64,000 bases of DNA from Methanoregula sp. PtaB.Bin085 (lineage in GTDB: Archaea > Halobacteriota > Methanomicrobia > Methanomicrobiales > Methanospirillaceae): assembly GCF_002067035.1 (NCBI RefSeq), contig NZ_MVQB01000060.1:103499-167498 (forward strand), written 5' to 3'. This document shows, one piece after another, positions 27,170 to 36,970 of this stretch (position 1 is the first letter of the stretch; every line of letters begins with the position of its first letter). The notes under the pieces were generated by a model, which ran no database searches, was not told the origin of the DNA, and was given only the letters and a program-made list of their open reading frames with translations. Both the position numbers and the translations under genes were made by a program.

Positions 27170-28231
27170 TCACCGGATACTCTGCCAGATTGCGAGGCCG
27201 AATTCGAGCGCAATGAGGACGATGATGACCCACTCGAGGAAATTGGAATGCTGGATTCGGACCTCGTCCGAGAGCATGGAATAATTCCCCCGGATGACAT
27301 CGATCTTCCGGCTGACGCTCTCGCTCCACAAACCGCTCCGGAGAACCTTCAGGGCAACGGCATAGACCCGTGCGTAATAGACATCCTCCGTGACCTTGAT
27401 GAGGTTATTGACTTTTTCAATGATCTCGGAGATCTCTGCCGAGGTTTCCATCTGTTTTGCCATGATGGCATGGTACTGGCGGCTGCGGCGGAACTGTGAC
27501 AGGCGGTCAGCATGCTCGATGTCATCATACATCTTCTCCATCTCCCGGGTCAGCTCGCGATCATAATACCTGAGCTCGAGTACCTGGACATTGGCAAATT
27601 CAATCAGGTCGATAATATCCGTCGGGCTCTCCGGACTGCAGAGAAGGGCAGAATCCCATGACAGGACGACGATATCGTCAGCTGAATAACTCAGGGAATT
27701 CTTCAGGACATCCTCGCGAATCTGCGGGGAAATTCGGGCCCTTTCACCCAGAAGAAGCGGGACGGGATCGATAGTATCGTCACGGTGATCGGTGACATAC
27801 ACGGTATAATCCTCATAGAAATCCGGGTCAATCGCAAAATTCCTGATGTGAGGTCTGATGATCTCGCCAAGGGTTTTGAGATACTGGACATAAAAATCCC
27901 CCAGCCCTTCCTGCCCGGCGAACAGGAACCCGATCTCCTCGAGGTCTGCATATTGTCCATCCGTCTTTTCCATGAAAAAACAGATACTGATTGCCCCGAT
28001 GCCGTACACGCGGGCGACAACCGAGAATTCGAACGGCTTCCCGTCACGTTCGAGGCGGATAGGGTTCATCTGGATCATGAGCGGGGGCTCCTCGATCATG
28101 ATCGATTTCTGCTTCACCCGTACGAAACTGGTCCTCGCCGTAAAGTAATTCTGGGCAAGGGCCTTTTCGAGCCAGTCAAGGTCGATCTCCCTGCCGATAT
28201 CGTAAATCCGGTAAAAACGAAGCGATATCAT
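27170..28231 (-). CDS. RMD1/DUF155-family protein with C-terminal TM helix
   Basis: Start MISLRFYRIYDIGREIDLDWL. DUF155-like core and terminal helix FLEWVIIVLIALEFGLAIW. The ORF-track 47-aa extension was rejected. Confidence 0.7.
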   Translation of the reverse strand: MISLRFYRIYDIGREIDLDWLEKALAQNYFTARTSFVRVKQKSIMIEEPPLMIQMNPIRLERDGKPFEFSVVARVYGIGAISICFFMEKTDGQYADLEEIGFLFAGQEGLGDFYVQYLKTLGEIIRPHIRNFAIDPDFYEDYTVYVTDHRDDTIDPVPLLLGERARISPQIREDVLKNSLSYSADDIVVLSWDSALLCSPESPTDIIDLIEFANVQVLELRYYDRELTREMEKMYDDIEHADRLSQFRRSRQYHAIMAKQMETSAEISEIIEKVNNLIKVTEDVYYARVYAVALKVLRSGLWSESVSRKIDVIRGNYSMLSDEVRIQHSNFLEWVIIVLIALEFGLAIWQSIR

Positions 28232-28435
28232 GGTTCCCTTCCTCCTTCCGGGCGTTGAAAATTCCTGCAATAATGAATAACCACAGAGATGATAAACCAT
28301 TGCAGGATCCCTGTCCGCAATAAGGAAATCCCGCATCCTTCGGCCGGCCGCATGTATCGGAAAATGGTTCATCGGGTAAATAGTTCATCAAAAGAACTAT
28401 TTGATCATTGAACCAATTCCCCTCCGTGAAGGTTC

Positions 28436-28873
28436 ATGGATGATTCCCTGATGGATAAGGCAGCGGACGGCCTTCTCGCGCTGATGCCCCTCTACCACCG
28501 GCACATATTCCGGATCAACCGGCACATTTCCGGTATGGAGACCGCCGAGTACCGTGTGCTGGGGGTTCTGATGAAATCAGGACCGCAGCCCATCTCGGAG
28601 ATTGGCCGGGCGCTGTATATTTCAAAACCCTACATGACGGTGCTTATCGACAGCCTCATGGAAAAGGGATGGATCGAGAAGAGACATGATCCGGACGACC
28701 GCCGGGTGATCCTTGTCTCTATCACTCCCGACGGGAAGAAACACCTGCACAGGGCGTTTGAAGTCTGCAGGGAAGATGTAAAAACCCTGTTGTCCGGTCT
28801 CGGGAAGAAGGACATCAGCCAGCTCTGTTCTTCTGTGGAACTCCTGAAAAAAATACTTGAAAAACTCCCGTGA
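28436..28873 (+). CDS. MarR-family transcriptional regulator
   Basis: 145 aa with a winged-helix core (YRVLGVLMKSGPQPISEIGRALYISKPYMTVLIDSLMEKGWIEKRHDPDDRRV). Confidence 0.85.
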   Translation: MDDSLMDKAADGLLALMPLYHRHIFRINRHISGMETAEYRVLGVLMKSGPQPISEIGRALYISKPYMTVLIDSLMEKGWIEKRHDPDDRRVILVSITPDGKKHLHRAFEVCREDVKTLLSGLGKKDISQLCSSVELLKKILEKLP

Positions 28874-28882
28874 GGTTCTGGT

Positions 28883-29953
28883 ATGGAGAGCAGCATGATA
28901 CAATTCCGGACCGGTACAACCCTTGCGGATCATACCGCACCGGAGATAACGGGACCGGCCGGACCGATCATTCATATCGAACACATCACGAAGATATTCG
29001 GCGACAGGGTTAAAACCGTAACTGCGGTAGACGACATCTCGTTTGATGTCAATAGGGGAGAGATCTTCGGTCTTCTCGGGCCCAACGGTGCGGGAAAAAG
29101 CACCCTGATCCGTATCCTTACAACGCTTCTGCGACCCACGAACGGGAAGGCATATGTCGACCGGTATGAGGTTACTGCATCACCGGAAAAGATCCGCAGT
29201 ATCATCGGTGTATGCCCGCAGAACAGCACACTCGATGTCGAACTGACCGCGTACGACAACCTCGCTTTTTACGGGAAACTGGTTGATGTTCCCGACGAAC
29301 GGCTCGATACACGGATCTGGGAACTTCTTGAAATGACCGGTCTTGCCGAAAGGGCACACACGCGGGTTGCAACATTCTCCGGGGGAATGCGGCGTAAACT
29401 GGAGATCGTCCGGGCCTTCATCCATCATCCGCTCATCCTTTTCCTTGACGAACCGACAATAGGGCTGGATCCGGAGGCGCGGAGGGAAGTCTGGCAGCAG
29501 ATTGCCACCCTGAACCGTGAAAAGACAACCATCATCCTGACAACGCATTACATGGACGAGGCAGAAAAACTCTGCGACCGGATCGCCTTTGTCGATAAGG
29601 GCAGGCTTATCTCGCTTGATACTACGGATAACCTCCGCAAACAGATTCCTGCCGGCGACCTCATCGAGATCGGGACCGATACCATGAACGACGCAGTACT
29701 GGAGGAGATCAGGGGGACAGGCATGATCATCTCTGTCAGTTTCAGGGGCGGCATCCTGCACATATCGGCAAAGAACGGCAGTACTGTACTGCCGATCATC
29801 GTTTCGGTGCTCGAACGGCACTCGATTGTCATGAAGTCGATAGCTATCCGTCGTCCCTCGCTTGAGGATGTCTTCATCTACCTGACCGGTAAGAATCTCG
29901 ATGACGGGAATACTACCGCAACGGTTTCCGGGCAACGGGGGAACAGGAAATGA
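28883..29953 (+). CDS. ABC transporter ATP-binding protein (ABC-2/DrrA-like)
   Basis: Walker A GPNGAGKST, signature FSGGMRRKL and Walker B ILFLDEPT. GAGG lies 6-7 nt upstream of the ATG. Confidence 0.9.
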   Translation: MESSMIQFRTGTTLADHTAPEITGPAGPIIHIEHITKIFGDRVKTVTAVDDISFDVNRGEIFGLLGPNGAGKSTLIRILTTLLRPTNGKAYVDRYEVTASPEKIRSIIGVCPQNSTLDVELTAYDNLAFYGKLVDVPDERLDTRIWELLEMTGLAERAHTRVATFSGGMRRKLEIVRAFIHHPLILFLDEPTIGLDPEARREVWQQIATLNREKTTIILTTHYMDEAEKLCDRIAFVDKGRLISLDTTDNLRKQIPAGDLIEIGTDTMNDAVLEEIRGTGMIISVSFRGGILHISAKNGSTVLPIIVSVLERHSIVMKSIAIRRPSLEDVFIYLTGKNLDDGNTTATVSGQRGNRK

Positions 29954-31038
29954 TCAAAGGCGCTTTTGCCATCTTCATGAGGGATTTCAAGAAGTTCCTC
30001 AGCAACCCGTTTGTCATCATCATAACCATGTTCATGCCCATCATGTATCTGATTATTTTCGGGAACGCGATGGGCGGCACTATCACCCATATTCCCATTG
30101 CAGTCGTACAGGAGGAGCCGTCGGTAAGCGACACTCCCTTATTCACATCGGCTGTCGGGATTCTCAGGACCCAGGCCCAGCGGGATTACCCCCGGACGTT
30201 TGATCTCACGGTCTATACTGACGAACTCAAGGCCAAGCGCGATCTGAAGGCCGGCATAATCAAAGGCGTTGTTATATTTCCTTCAACAGTTTCAGGAAAC
30301 CGTCCCGTGCGGTTGTACGTAGACAGTTCGGATTACATGACCCCAACCATTATCCAGGCCGGTGTGCAGTCAGCCATGCTCGCAGGAGGTGCGCATAACC
30401 CTGTGATGGTGAACAAGATCTACGGGGATATCAGGTATATCCAGTTTTTCGGGGTCGGTGTCATCGTGATGGCTATCTTCATGTCAACGATGATGGGTGG
30501 GGGCATCGCGCTGATCAAGGATCGCGAGATGGGCATTATCGAGGGGTATCTTGTCACCCCGGTCAAACGGTCCAGTATCATCCTTGGTATGATTGGGAGC
30601 GGCACCATCCGGGCATTCTTTGCCGGATTTATCCTGTTTATCGTGGATATCCTTGTCACCGGCATCGTTATCCAGAGTACCGAAGATTTCCTGCTCATTC
30701 TCTTCGTCCTGTTCATTGCGAGCCTTGGCGTTACAAGCCTCATGGTCTCGGTGGCATCGCGGTTCTCCAACCAGCAGGAATACGCTTCCGTCACCGCATT
30801 CTTCAGCCTCATTCTGTTCATGACAAGCGGGGCATTTTACCCAACGGCAGGGATGCCCGACTGGCTTCGCTGGATAACCGTCATCAATCCGGAATACTAT
30901 ACGGTTGATGCACTCAGGAGTATCATCCTCCGTGGGCAGGGGCTTGATGTGATCGGGATGGATCTCGTGGCACTGCTGCTCTTTTCAACAATAACGATCC
31001 TTATCGGGATCTCCACGTACCGCAGGACACTGGACTAA
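29950..31038 (+). CDS. ABC-2 type transporter permease
   Basis: 362 aa, N-terminal TM, a large loop and then five TM helices. ATGA overlap with the ATPase gene. Confidence 0.85.
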   Translation: MIKGAFAIFMRDFKKFLSNPFVIIITMFMPIMYLIIFGNAMGGTITHIPIAVVQEEPSVSDTPLFTSAVGILRTQAQRDYPRTFDLTVYTDELKAKRDLKAGIIKGVVIFPSTVSGNRPVRLYVDSSDYMTPTIIQAGVQSAMLAGGAHNPVMVNKIYGDIRYIQFFGVGVIVMAIFMSTMMGGGIALIKDREMGIIEGYLVTPVKRSSIILGMIGSGTIRAFFAGFILFIVDILVTGIVIQSTEDFLLILFVLFIASLGVTSLMVSVASRFSNQQEYASVTAFFSLILFMTSGAFYPTAGMPDWLRWITVINPEYYTVDALRSIILRGQGLDVIGMDLVALLLFSTITILIGISTYRRTLD

Positions 31039-31085
31039 CCCTTTTTTCCCAGTGCAAACATGGCAGAGCGCAACCCGAAAAAAAT

Positions 31086-31685
31086 TTACCGGCTGACAGT
31101 TGTCAGAAATTCGGTCTTTGCAATCGTGTGGCCGGATAGTGCCGTATCGATTGCTGTCCGGTCTGCAGTCGGCAGTATAAGAACTTCATCCAGAGCATAG
31201 AGCCGGAAGATATAGCGGTGGGTTGAACCGGGCGGAGGACAGGGATAATAATATCCCCGGGATCCCGGGGTGCTCTCTCCCTGCTGCGCACCGTTCGCGA
31301 TAACCTTGGCGTAGGACTGGCCCTTATCGATTCCGGTGGATTGGGGCGGGATGTTGAAAACCAGCCAGTGAGTGAAAATGCCGGCGGGAGCATCGGGATC
31401 ATCAAGGATAAGGACCAGGCTTTTTGTCCCGTCAGGAACACCGCTCCATGATACCGGTGGGGATTCACCCGCACCCTTACAGGTGTAAGCATCGGGAAGG
31501 ACCGATCCCGGGCCCAGCGATCCGACACGAAGCGCTAGGTTACCTGATGATACGGGGGATTGGACTGGCTGACCTGCCTGTTCCGGCAGCGGCGATGACG
31601 GGGAGGATGGTATTGAAGTGCAACCTCCGAAAGCCAGAAGAACGGACAGGATAAGAGCGGGAAGCACATACCTGCAGGAATACAT
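31086..31685 (-). CDS. YbhB/YbcL (PEBP / Raf-kinase-inhibitor-like) family protein, lipoprotein-type leader
   Basis: Leader ...LLAFGGC; PEBP motifs LDDPDAP...FTHW and GSTHRYIFRLYALD. Confidence 0.85.
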   Translation of the reverse strand: MYSCRYVLPALILSVLLAFGGCTSIPSSPSSPLPEQAGQPVQSPVSSGNLALRVGSLGPGSVLPDAYTCKGAGESPPVSWSGVPDGTKSLVLILDDPDAPAGIFTHWLVFNIPPQSTGIDKGQSYAKVIANGAQQGESTPGSRGYYYPCPPPGSTHRYIFRLYALDEVLILPTADRTAIDTALSGHTIAKTEFLTTVSR

Positions 31686-31826
31686 AACCGGAGAGGAGCA
31701 TGCAGGGTATTAAGCATTCCTGAAATGGAGCCGGACCGTGTCCATCGTTTCCGAAGCCTATCTTTATACACTCCCCGCATCAATAGCTCCTTCACGAGTA
31801 ACCGGCACAACCGGCATATATGAGGA

Positions 31827-32909
31827 ATGGTCATGAAAATGCAGAGTACTCCACAGCCATCCAAAGTGAACGGGCCGGTACCCCTCAGTTTCTGCATCCT
31901 TCTGTATTCCGACGGGAAGATCGAACGGCTGATCGACAGGCCGCTCGACGAATATCTCGCTGTGATCCCGAATGTCAGCCTCGCATGGATCGATTACAGT
32001 ACCAAAGATGACGAGAAGGAGATCGAACAGATCGCCCAGGCTGCCAGGTTTACCAAGATCCCGATTCCGAAACTGACCACGGGTTTTTATTCTGCATACG
32101 AGGATTACGATACCGAACTGGGAATCATGCTGCCTTCAGTGACCGTTAAGGGAGAAAAGACTACCGTTCACCCTCTCTTCATCCTTATTCGGGACAATTA
32201 TATTATCACCGTTCACAGCGATGAAATCAACCGGCTCCTGCGGCTGTCCCGGTACGCACCCCAGTTCTTCAAGCGGATCTCGACCGAATGCACGCCGGAT
32301 AAAATGACCCTGATGCTTGAGCGGATCATTGACGAGAACAATGACCGGAACTTCGAATACCTCCGCGAGATCGAAATGCATGGCGATACCATCAGCAGGT
32401 CCCTGATCGAAGAGAACGTAGCCAAGCGGCAGATTGCCCACGATATTTACCGCATGAAACATGTCCTGATCGATTACCTCAACGTCCTCTGGGCAACCAA
32501 GGATGTGGTTGATTCCCTGCGGTACGGTGATGCCGACATCATCACGAATGATGAAAAACTTCTCGGAAGGATCGGGATACTGTCCGACAACATCGATCGT
32601 CACATCGAGCTTTCCGAGCAGATGTCCAATGTTCTCTCATCAGGCCTCGAGGTGATGCAGAGCATCTACAACAACCAGCTGCAGAACATGAACAACCGTT
32701 TTGCCCTCGTCACCGCATACCTGACTGTTCTTGGCACGGCATTCCTCGTTCCCAATACCATCGCAACCATTGCCGGCAGCGGAATTATGGGGGGGACTAT
32801 GGCACAACAGTGGTGGTACGTACCGCTGCTTGTCATCTCAACGGTTGTCGCAACCCTGTTCTCCTTCCTCTGGGTTCTCCATGTCTGGAGAAAGAAGGAG
32901 GAGTTTTAA
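31827..32909 (+). CDS. CorA-like divalent cation transporter (atypical, no GMN motif)
   Basis: Cytoplasmic alpha/beta domain plus two C-terminal TM helices. The position of the canonical YGMN reads GSGIMGG. Alternative ATGs at 31833 and 31839. Confidence 0.65.
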   Translation: MVMKMQSTPQPSKVNGPVPLSFCILLYSDGKIERLIDRPLDEYLAVIPNVSLAWIDYSTKDDEKEIEQIAQAARFTKIPIPKLTTGFYSAYEDYDTELGIMLPSVTVKGEKTTVHPLFILIRDNYIITVHSDEINRLLRLSRYAPQFFKRISTECTPDKMTLMLERIIDENNDRNFEYLREIEMHGDTISRSLIEENVAKRQIAHDIYRMKHVLIDYLNVLWATKDVVDSLRYGDADIITNDEKLLGRIGILSDNIDRHIELSEQMSNVLSSGLEVMQSIYNNQLQNMNNRFALVTAYLTVLGTAFLVPNTIATIAGSGIMGGTMAQQWWYVPLLVISTVVATLFSFLWVLHVWRKKEEF

Positions 32910-33025
32910 TCACCAGATCTTGACCTTTGTCAGGAAAAACCGTTGGGATAAATATTACTCACCCCGGGAATGATCCGCCAATCAGCAGTCAGGATCAGGA
33001 TAACTGTCGGGAAGGGTACTCTGGA

Positions 33026-33505
33026 ATGACCTTTGAATGCCAGCAATGCGGCGACTGCTGCAGTACGATGGGAGAGATTATCAGGATCCGTGACCGGATC
33101 GGACAATGGGAATTCCGGATAGGATTCACAAACGGGGAGGAGAGGATCGTCTCCATCGATCCGGATAAGCGGGATCTCTTCCGGATTCGGGAAGAGACAG
33201 ATAAAAAAACCATCGCATGCCCGTTTCTCCGGAAGCAACCCCCTGAAAAGCGGATCTGTACAGTCCATTCAAGCCGGCCGGAACTCTGCCGGGCCTACAT
33301 CTGTTCGAGAATCCTCGTACTGAACACGAACGGGAAAAAAGCAGGGCGGGTTCCGGATGGAACCCGCATCTTCGTCACAGAAGACCGGTTCCTTCTCGAT
33401 CTCTGGAATACAACCCTGAGGAATGTCCAGACCCGGGACGAGGAAGAGTGGGAAAGGATAATTGAGGATGTTTTCAAAAAGGAAGGGTACACGGTGATTC
33501 GGTGA
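33026..33505 (+). CDS. YkgJ-family cysteine-cluster protein (CxxCxxCC)
   Basis: Starts MTFECQQCGDCCS, later ACPFL...ICTVHSSRPELCRAYIC. Second member of this family in the window. Confidence 0.65.
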   Translation: MTFECQQCGDCCSTMGEIIRIRDRIGQWEFRIGFTNGEERIVSIDPDKRDLFRIREETDKKTIACPFLRKQPPEKRICTVHSSRPELCRAYICSRILVLNTNGKKAGRVPDGTRIFVTEDRFLLDLWNTTLRNVQTRDEEEWERIIEDVFKKEGYTVIR

Positions 33506-33528
33506 AAAAAACGAATACCGGCAGGTCT

Positions 33529-34497
33529 TCATATCTTCTGCCTGAGTTCCTGTATCAGAGCATCGCCGAATTCACGGGTCCCGGTGGTTCCTCCCAGATC
33601 CCTGGTACGAATTCCCCGGTTCAGTACCTGCAGTACGGATTCCTCAATACACCCGGCACCGTTCGGGTCGCCAAGATGATCGAGGAGCATGGCTGCGCTC
33701 CGGATAGCTGCAACAGGGTTTGCAATATTCCTGCCTGCGATATCGGGAGCGCTCCCGTGGACCGGTTCGAAGAGAGCATAGCGATCCCCGATGTTCGCGC
33801 TTGGCACAACGCCAAGGCCTCCCACGAGGTATGCCGCGACGTCGGAGAGGATATCGCCGAACATGTTCGTTGTGACAACCACATCGTAGCTCTTCGGGTG
33901 CTGGAGCAGGTCAAGGGAGAGCGCGTCAATGAACCTGTCGTTGCAAGCGATATTGGCAGCCTTTGCTTCGGAAAGACAGATATCCCGGAAAAAAACGTCT
34001 GATTTGATGACGTTCGCCTTGTGCCCGATGGTCAGGATACCCTTTCTCTGCCGGGCAAGATCAATTGCTTTTCTGATAATCCGTTCTGTACCCTTCCTGC
34101 TGACAACCCGCAGCGTTGTAGCGCGATCGGGGGTCGTCTCTTCAATGCCCGAGTAAAGCCCTTCCGTGTTCTCACGGACGATCATGATATCGATGCCATC
34201 TCCCCTCACAGGCCGGAGATTGGCATACAGATCGAGCGCTTTACGGATCCGCAGGACAACGCTCTGGTAATCCTTCATCGGGGGTGTGGTTATTGCACCG
34301 AACAGGATAGCATCCGAGTTTTTCAGTTGCGCGATATCCGGGTCCGTGCAGGGACATCCTGTCCTCTCCCACCTGCCGTAGCCAACCTCGACATTGAAAA
34401 AGTCATACTCGGGATGCAGCAGTTCGAGCACGCTGCGGGCAACCGGAATAACTTCATGACCGATCCCGTCACCCTCCACGACTGCTATCCGGGTCAT
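33529..34497 (-). CDS. aksF: homoisocitrate / isopropylmalate dehydrogenase family (probable AksF)
   Basis: [16 protein letters not shown]...LFGAITTP...[14 protein letters not shown]...IVRENTEG...NMFGDILSD. Last gene of the aks operon. The aksF versus leuB assignment rests on context. Confidence 0.8.
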   Translation of the reverse strand: MTRIAVVEGDGIGHEVIPVARSVLELLHPEYDFFNVEVGYGRWERTGCPCTDPDIAQLKNSDAILFGAITTPPMKDYQSVVLRIRKALDLYANLRPVRGDGIDIMIVRENTEGLYSGIEETTPDRATTLRVVSRKGTERIIRKAIDLARQRKGILTIGHKANVIKSDVFFRDICLSEAKAANIACNDRFIDALSLDLLQHPKSYDVVVTTNMFGDILSDVAAYLVGGLGVVPSANIGDRYALFEPVHGSAPDIAGRNIANPVAAIRSAAMLLDHLGDPNGAGCIEESVLQVLNRGIRTRDLGGTTGTREFGDALIQELRQKI

Positions 34498-35294
34498 CCC
34501 CGCCTCCCGCGCGCTGCCAGGGCCCGGACTGCCTCAAGGATCTTTACCGGTTCTGATCCCCAGTGGACGATAGCGCCGCTTTTCCCGTTCCACGATGACA
34601 CTGCTTCCCGTTCGCTCCGGCAGCAGCGGGCTATGAAAGGTTCTTCCCTGACACATTCAAGCGGGCAGATATTGGTGATGGTAAAATCCGAACCGTAACA
34701 TTCGTTCAGGAACTGGGTGGCAGTCAGACAGCCGGCAACCTGCTCCCCGCCATGCATGGCATCGGCATCGAGGGTCCGGGCAAACCCTCCGGCCCGGCAG
34801 GGGTATACATCCGCGCGAACCTCGGTGATATCCCGGATATGGTGCACGAACTGCACATTAAGGTTGCCAAAAAGCCCGGCATTCTCAAGTTCACGGATAC
34901 CGGACGAAAGGCTTGGCCGTGGCGGGCTCACGTCATAGACATGTATCTTCAGGAAACCTGACAGATCGGGATCGAGAACAAAGGTCATGTGTTCGTCGTG
35001 GCCGGAAAAGATCGTGCAGCGGTATCCCGTGTCGAGAGCCAGTTCAACGAGGCGTGTGCGGTTGTGGAGGTTTACCTTTTCCGGATAGTGATAGACCTCG
35101 TTCTCACGGGCGAGGACCCGACTCGAGACAACCTGCCTCATCATGCCTTTGTGGGTCTGGTCCAGGGTAACTTCGAGCAGCTCGTGTCCACCGGAAGTGT
35201 CCCGCAGCAGCCACCGGCTTAAAAAATAAACCCTTTCGTCGCAGGGTTTTGCCGATGCATGACCGACATGCTTGCAGTGCTCCGGAAAGATCAC
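34494..35294 (-). CDS. uncharacterised Cys-rich protein embedded in the aks operon
   Basis: 266 aa if started at GTG 35294 (GTGA overlap with the aksE stop). The 3' end makes an ATGA overlap with the aksF start. Contains CPLEC...CC and several His. No family recognised. An alternative ATG (MMRQVV) would leave a 145-nt gap. Confidence 0.55.
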   Translation of the reverse strand: MIFPEHCKHVGHASAKPCDERVYFLSRWLLRDTSGGHELLEVTLDQTHKGMMRQVVSSRVLARENEVYHYPEKVNLHNRTRLVELALDTGYRCTIFSGHDEHMTFVLDPDLSGFLKIHVYDVSPPRPSLSSGIRELENAGLFGNLNVQFVHHIRDITEVRADVYPCRAGGFARTLDADAMHGGEQVAGCLTATQFLNECYGSDFTITNICPLECVREEPFIARCCRSEREAVSSWNGKSGAIVHWGSEPVKILEAVRALAARGRRG

Positions 35295-35761
35295 GGACGC
35301 CCCCTCCAGTACCTGATCAGGCCTCCCGCTGCGAGAATGTCCCGCATCCTCGGGGAAAGGGGCCGGATAGAATAGGTATTCCCGCCGGTTTCCACGCATC
35401 CTGCCGCGAGATCGAATTTCACATTCTGCCCTTCCACGCACGGAAGGCTGCATTCTATGGCCGGAAGACCGACATTTATGGCATTCCGGAAAAAGATCCG
35501 GGCAAATGACGGTGCAATTACTGCTGTAACACCAGCTTCCTTCAGCGCCAGCGCTGCCTGTTCACGCGAGGACCCGCAGCCGAAATTCTTTCCGGCTACA
35601 ATGACCGCCCCGTTCATCCGGGCTGCAAGCGAGGGATCGAGATCCTCGAACACATGGGAAACCCATATTCCGTGATCCTTTGTTCTCAGGTAACGCCCGG
35701 CTATGATCAGATCCGTGTCGATGTCCGGACCGAGACAGACCGCATGACCTCCCCCCTGCAT
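35291..35761 (-). CDS. aksE: homoaconitase small subunit (AksE/HacB)
   Basis: LeuD-like swivel domain (DTDLIIAGRYL..., GKNFGCGSSREQAA). The specificity loop reads YLRT with Arg26-Thr27, the homoaconitase-type residues of M. jannaschii HacB. Confidence 0.85.
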   Translation of the reverse strand: MQGGGHAVCLGPDIDTDLIIAGRYLRTKDHGIWVSHVFEDLDPSLAARMNGAVIVAGKNFGCGSSREQAALALKEAGVTAVIAPSFARIFFRNAINVGLPAIECSLPCVEGQNVKFDLAAGCVETGGNTYSIRPLSPRMRDILAAGGLIRYWRGRP

Positions 35762-36970
35762 TCATCCCACCTCCGGTTCGGTGATCTCACCAGTGAGGGC
35801 GCTCGCACCAGCGGTTGCAACGGATGAGAGATATATTTCTCCGCCAACTCCCATCCGGTTCCTGAAATTCCGGTTTGCTGTGGAGAGGCAGACTTCGCCT
35901 TCACCAAGAACCCCCATGTGCGCCCCGAGACACGGCCCGCAGCCGGGCGTACCGATCGTGCATCCCGCCGCCACGAGATCCGCGATAACCCCCGTGCGGA
36001 TCGCTTCTGAAAGGACTGCCCGCGATGCCGGGACAACAATGGTCCGTACTGCAACGTTCTTTCCTTTCAGGATCCCTGCAAGGCGGGCAAGATCGCTGAA
36101 ACGCCCGTTTGTGCAGGCACCGACAAAGACCTGGTCGATAGGGATACCGGCCAGGTCACTGACGGGTTTTACCGTGTCCACCCGTGGCGGCACCGCAATG
36201 AGCGGGACGATATCGCTCAGATCAAATTCCAGTTCCCGGCTGTACATGCAGGAGTCCGGGACCTGGGGCTGAACTTTCTGTCCCTTGCCTGCAAGGTACT
36301 GCAAGGTAATGTGGTCAGCATAGAACATGCCGGTCTTGGCACCGGTCTCCACCGAGAGATTGCAGAGCGTCAGCCGGTCATCCATTCCAAGGTTCTTTAC
36401 CCCGTCTCCAATAAATTCGAGGGCACAGTATGTCCCTCCGTCCATCCCAAGCCTGCTGACATACAGGAGGGCGAGGTCTTTTGCCTCCGCACTACCCTGC
36501 AGCGACCCGGTGAGGCTGATGCCGATGGAGTCCGGGACCCGGAACCAGGTCTCTCCGGTCAGCCATATCGCTGCCATGTCCGTTGCACCGACACCGGTCG
36601 CGAACGCACCGAACGCGCCGGGTGTACAGCTGTGCGAGTCGGCCCCGACAACCACCTCGCCTGGCAACACGACACCTTCACTCATCAGCTGATGGCAGAT
36701 CCCGCCTCCGATATCGGAGAAGTGCATGAACGACCCGCAGGCAAAATCACGGAGTTCGTGCTGGAGGGTGGCCGTGGTGGAGTTGTTCGCCGGGACGATG
36801 TGGTCGAAAAGAACATACAGGTCCGGATCGTCGCTCAACCGGTTGCCCATCTGCTTCCAGGTTTCGAGTGTCAGCACACCGGTCCCGTCGTGGACATAGG
36901 CCCGGTCCACTTTCCTGTCCACATACTCCCCTGCATCTGCTCCGAGGATTCGTTCCGAGAGCGTGCTCAT
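35762..36970 (-). CDS. aksD: homoaconitase large subunit (AksD/HacA)
   Basis: Aconitase-family large subunit (VGADSHSCT, ...GACTNGR..., PGCGPCLG cluster ligands). Start at MSTLSERILG (ATG 36970) forms an ATGA overlap with the aksA stop. Confidence 0.85.
   Translation of the reverse strand: MSTLSERILGADAGEYVDRKVDRAYVHDGTGVLTLETWKQMGNRLSDDPDLYVLFDHIVPANNSTTATLQHELRDFACGSFMHFSDIGGGICHQLMSEGVVLPGEVVVGADSHSCTPGAFGAFATGVGATDMAAIWLTGETWFRVPDSIGISLTGSLQGSAEAKDLALLYVSRLGMDGGTYCALEFIGDGVKNLGMDDRLTLCNLSVETGAKTGMFYADHITLQYLAGKGQKVQPQVPDSCMYSRELEFDLSDIVPLIAVPPRVDTVKPVSDLAGIPIDQVFVGACTNGRFSDLARLAGILKGKNVAVRTIVVPASRAVLSEAIRTGVIADLVAAGCTIGTPGCGPCLGAHMGVLGEGEVCLSTANRNFRNRMGVGGEIYLSSVATAGASALTGEITEPEVG

Noticed and set aside
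29180-29935. 251-aa minus-strand ORF.
   Set aside because: It is antisense to the ABC ATPase, which has Walker A and B and signature motifs.
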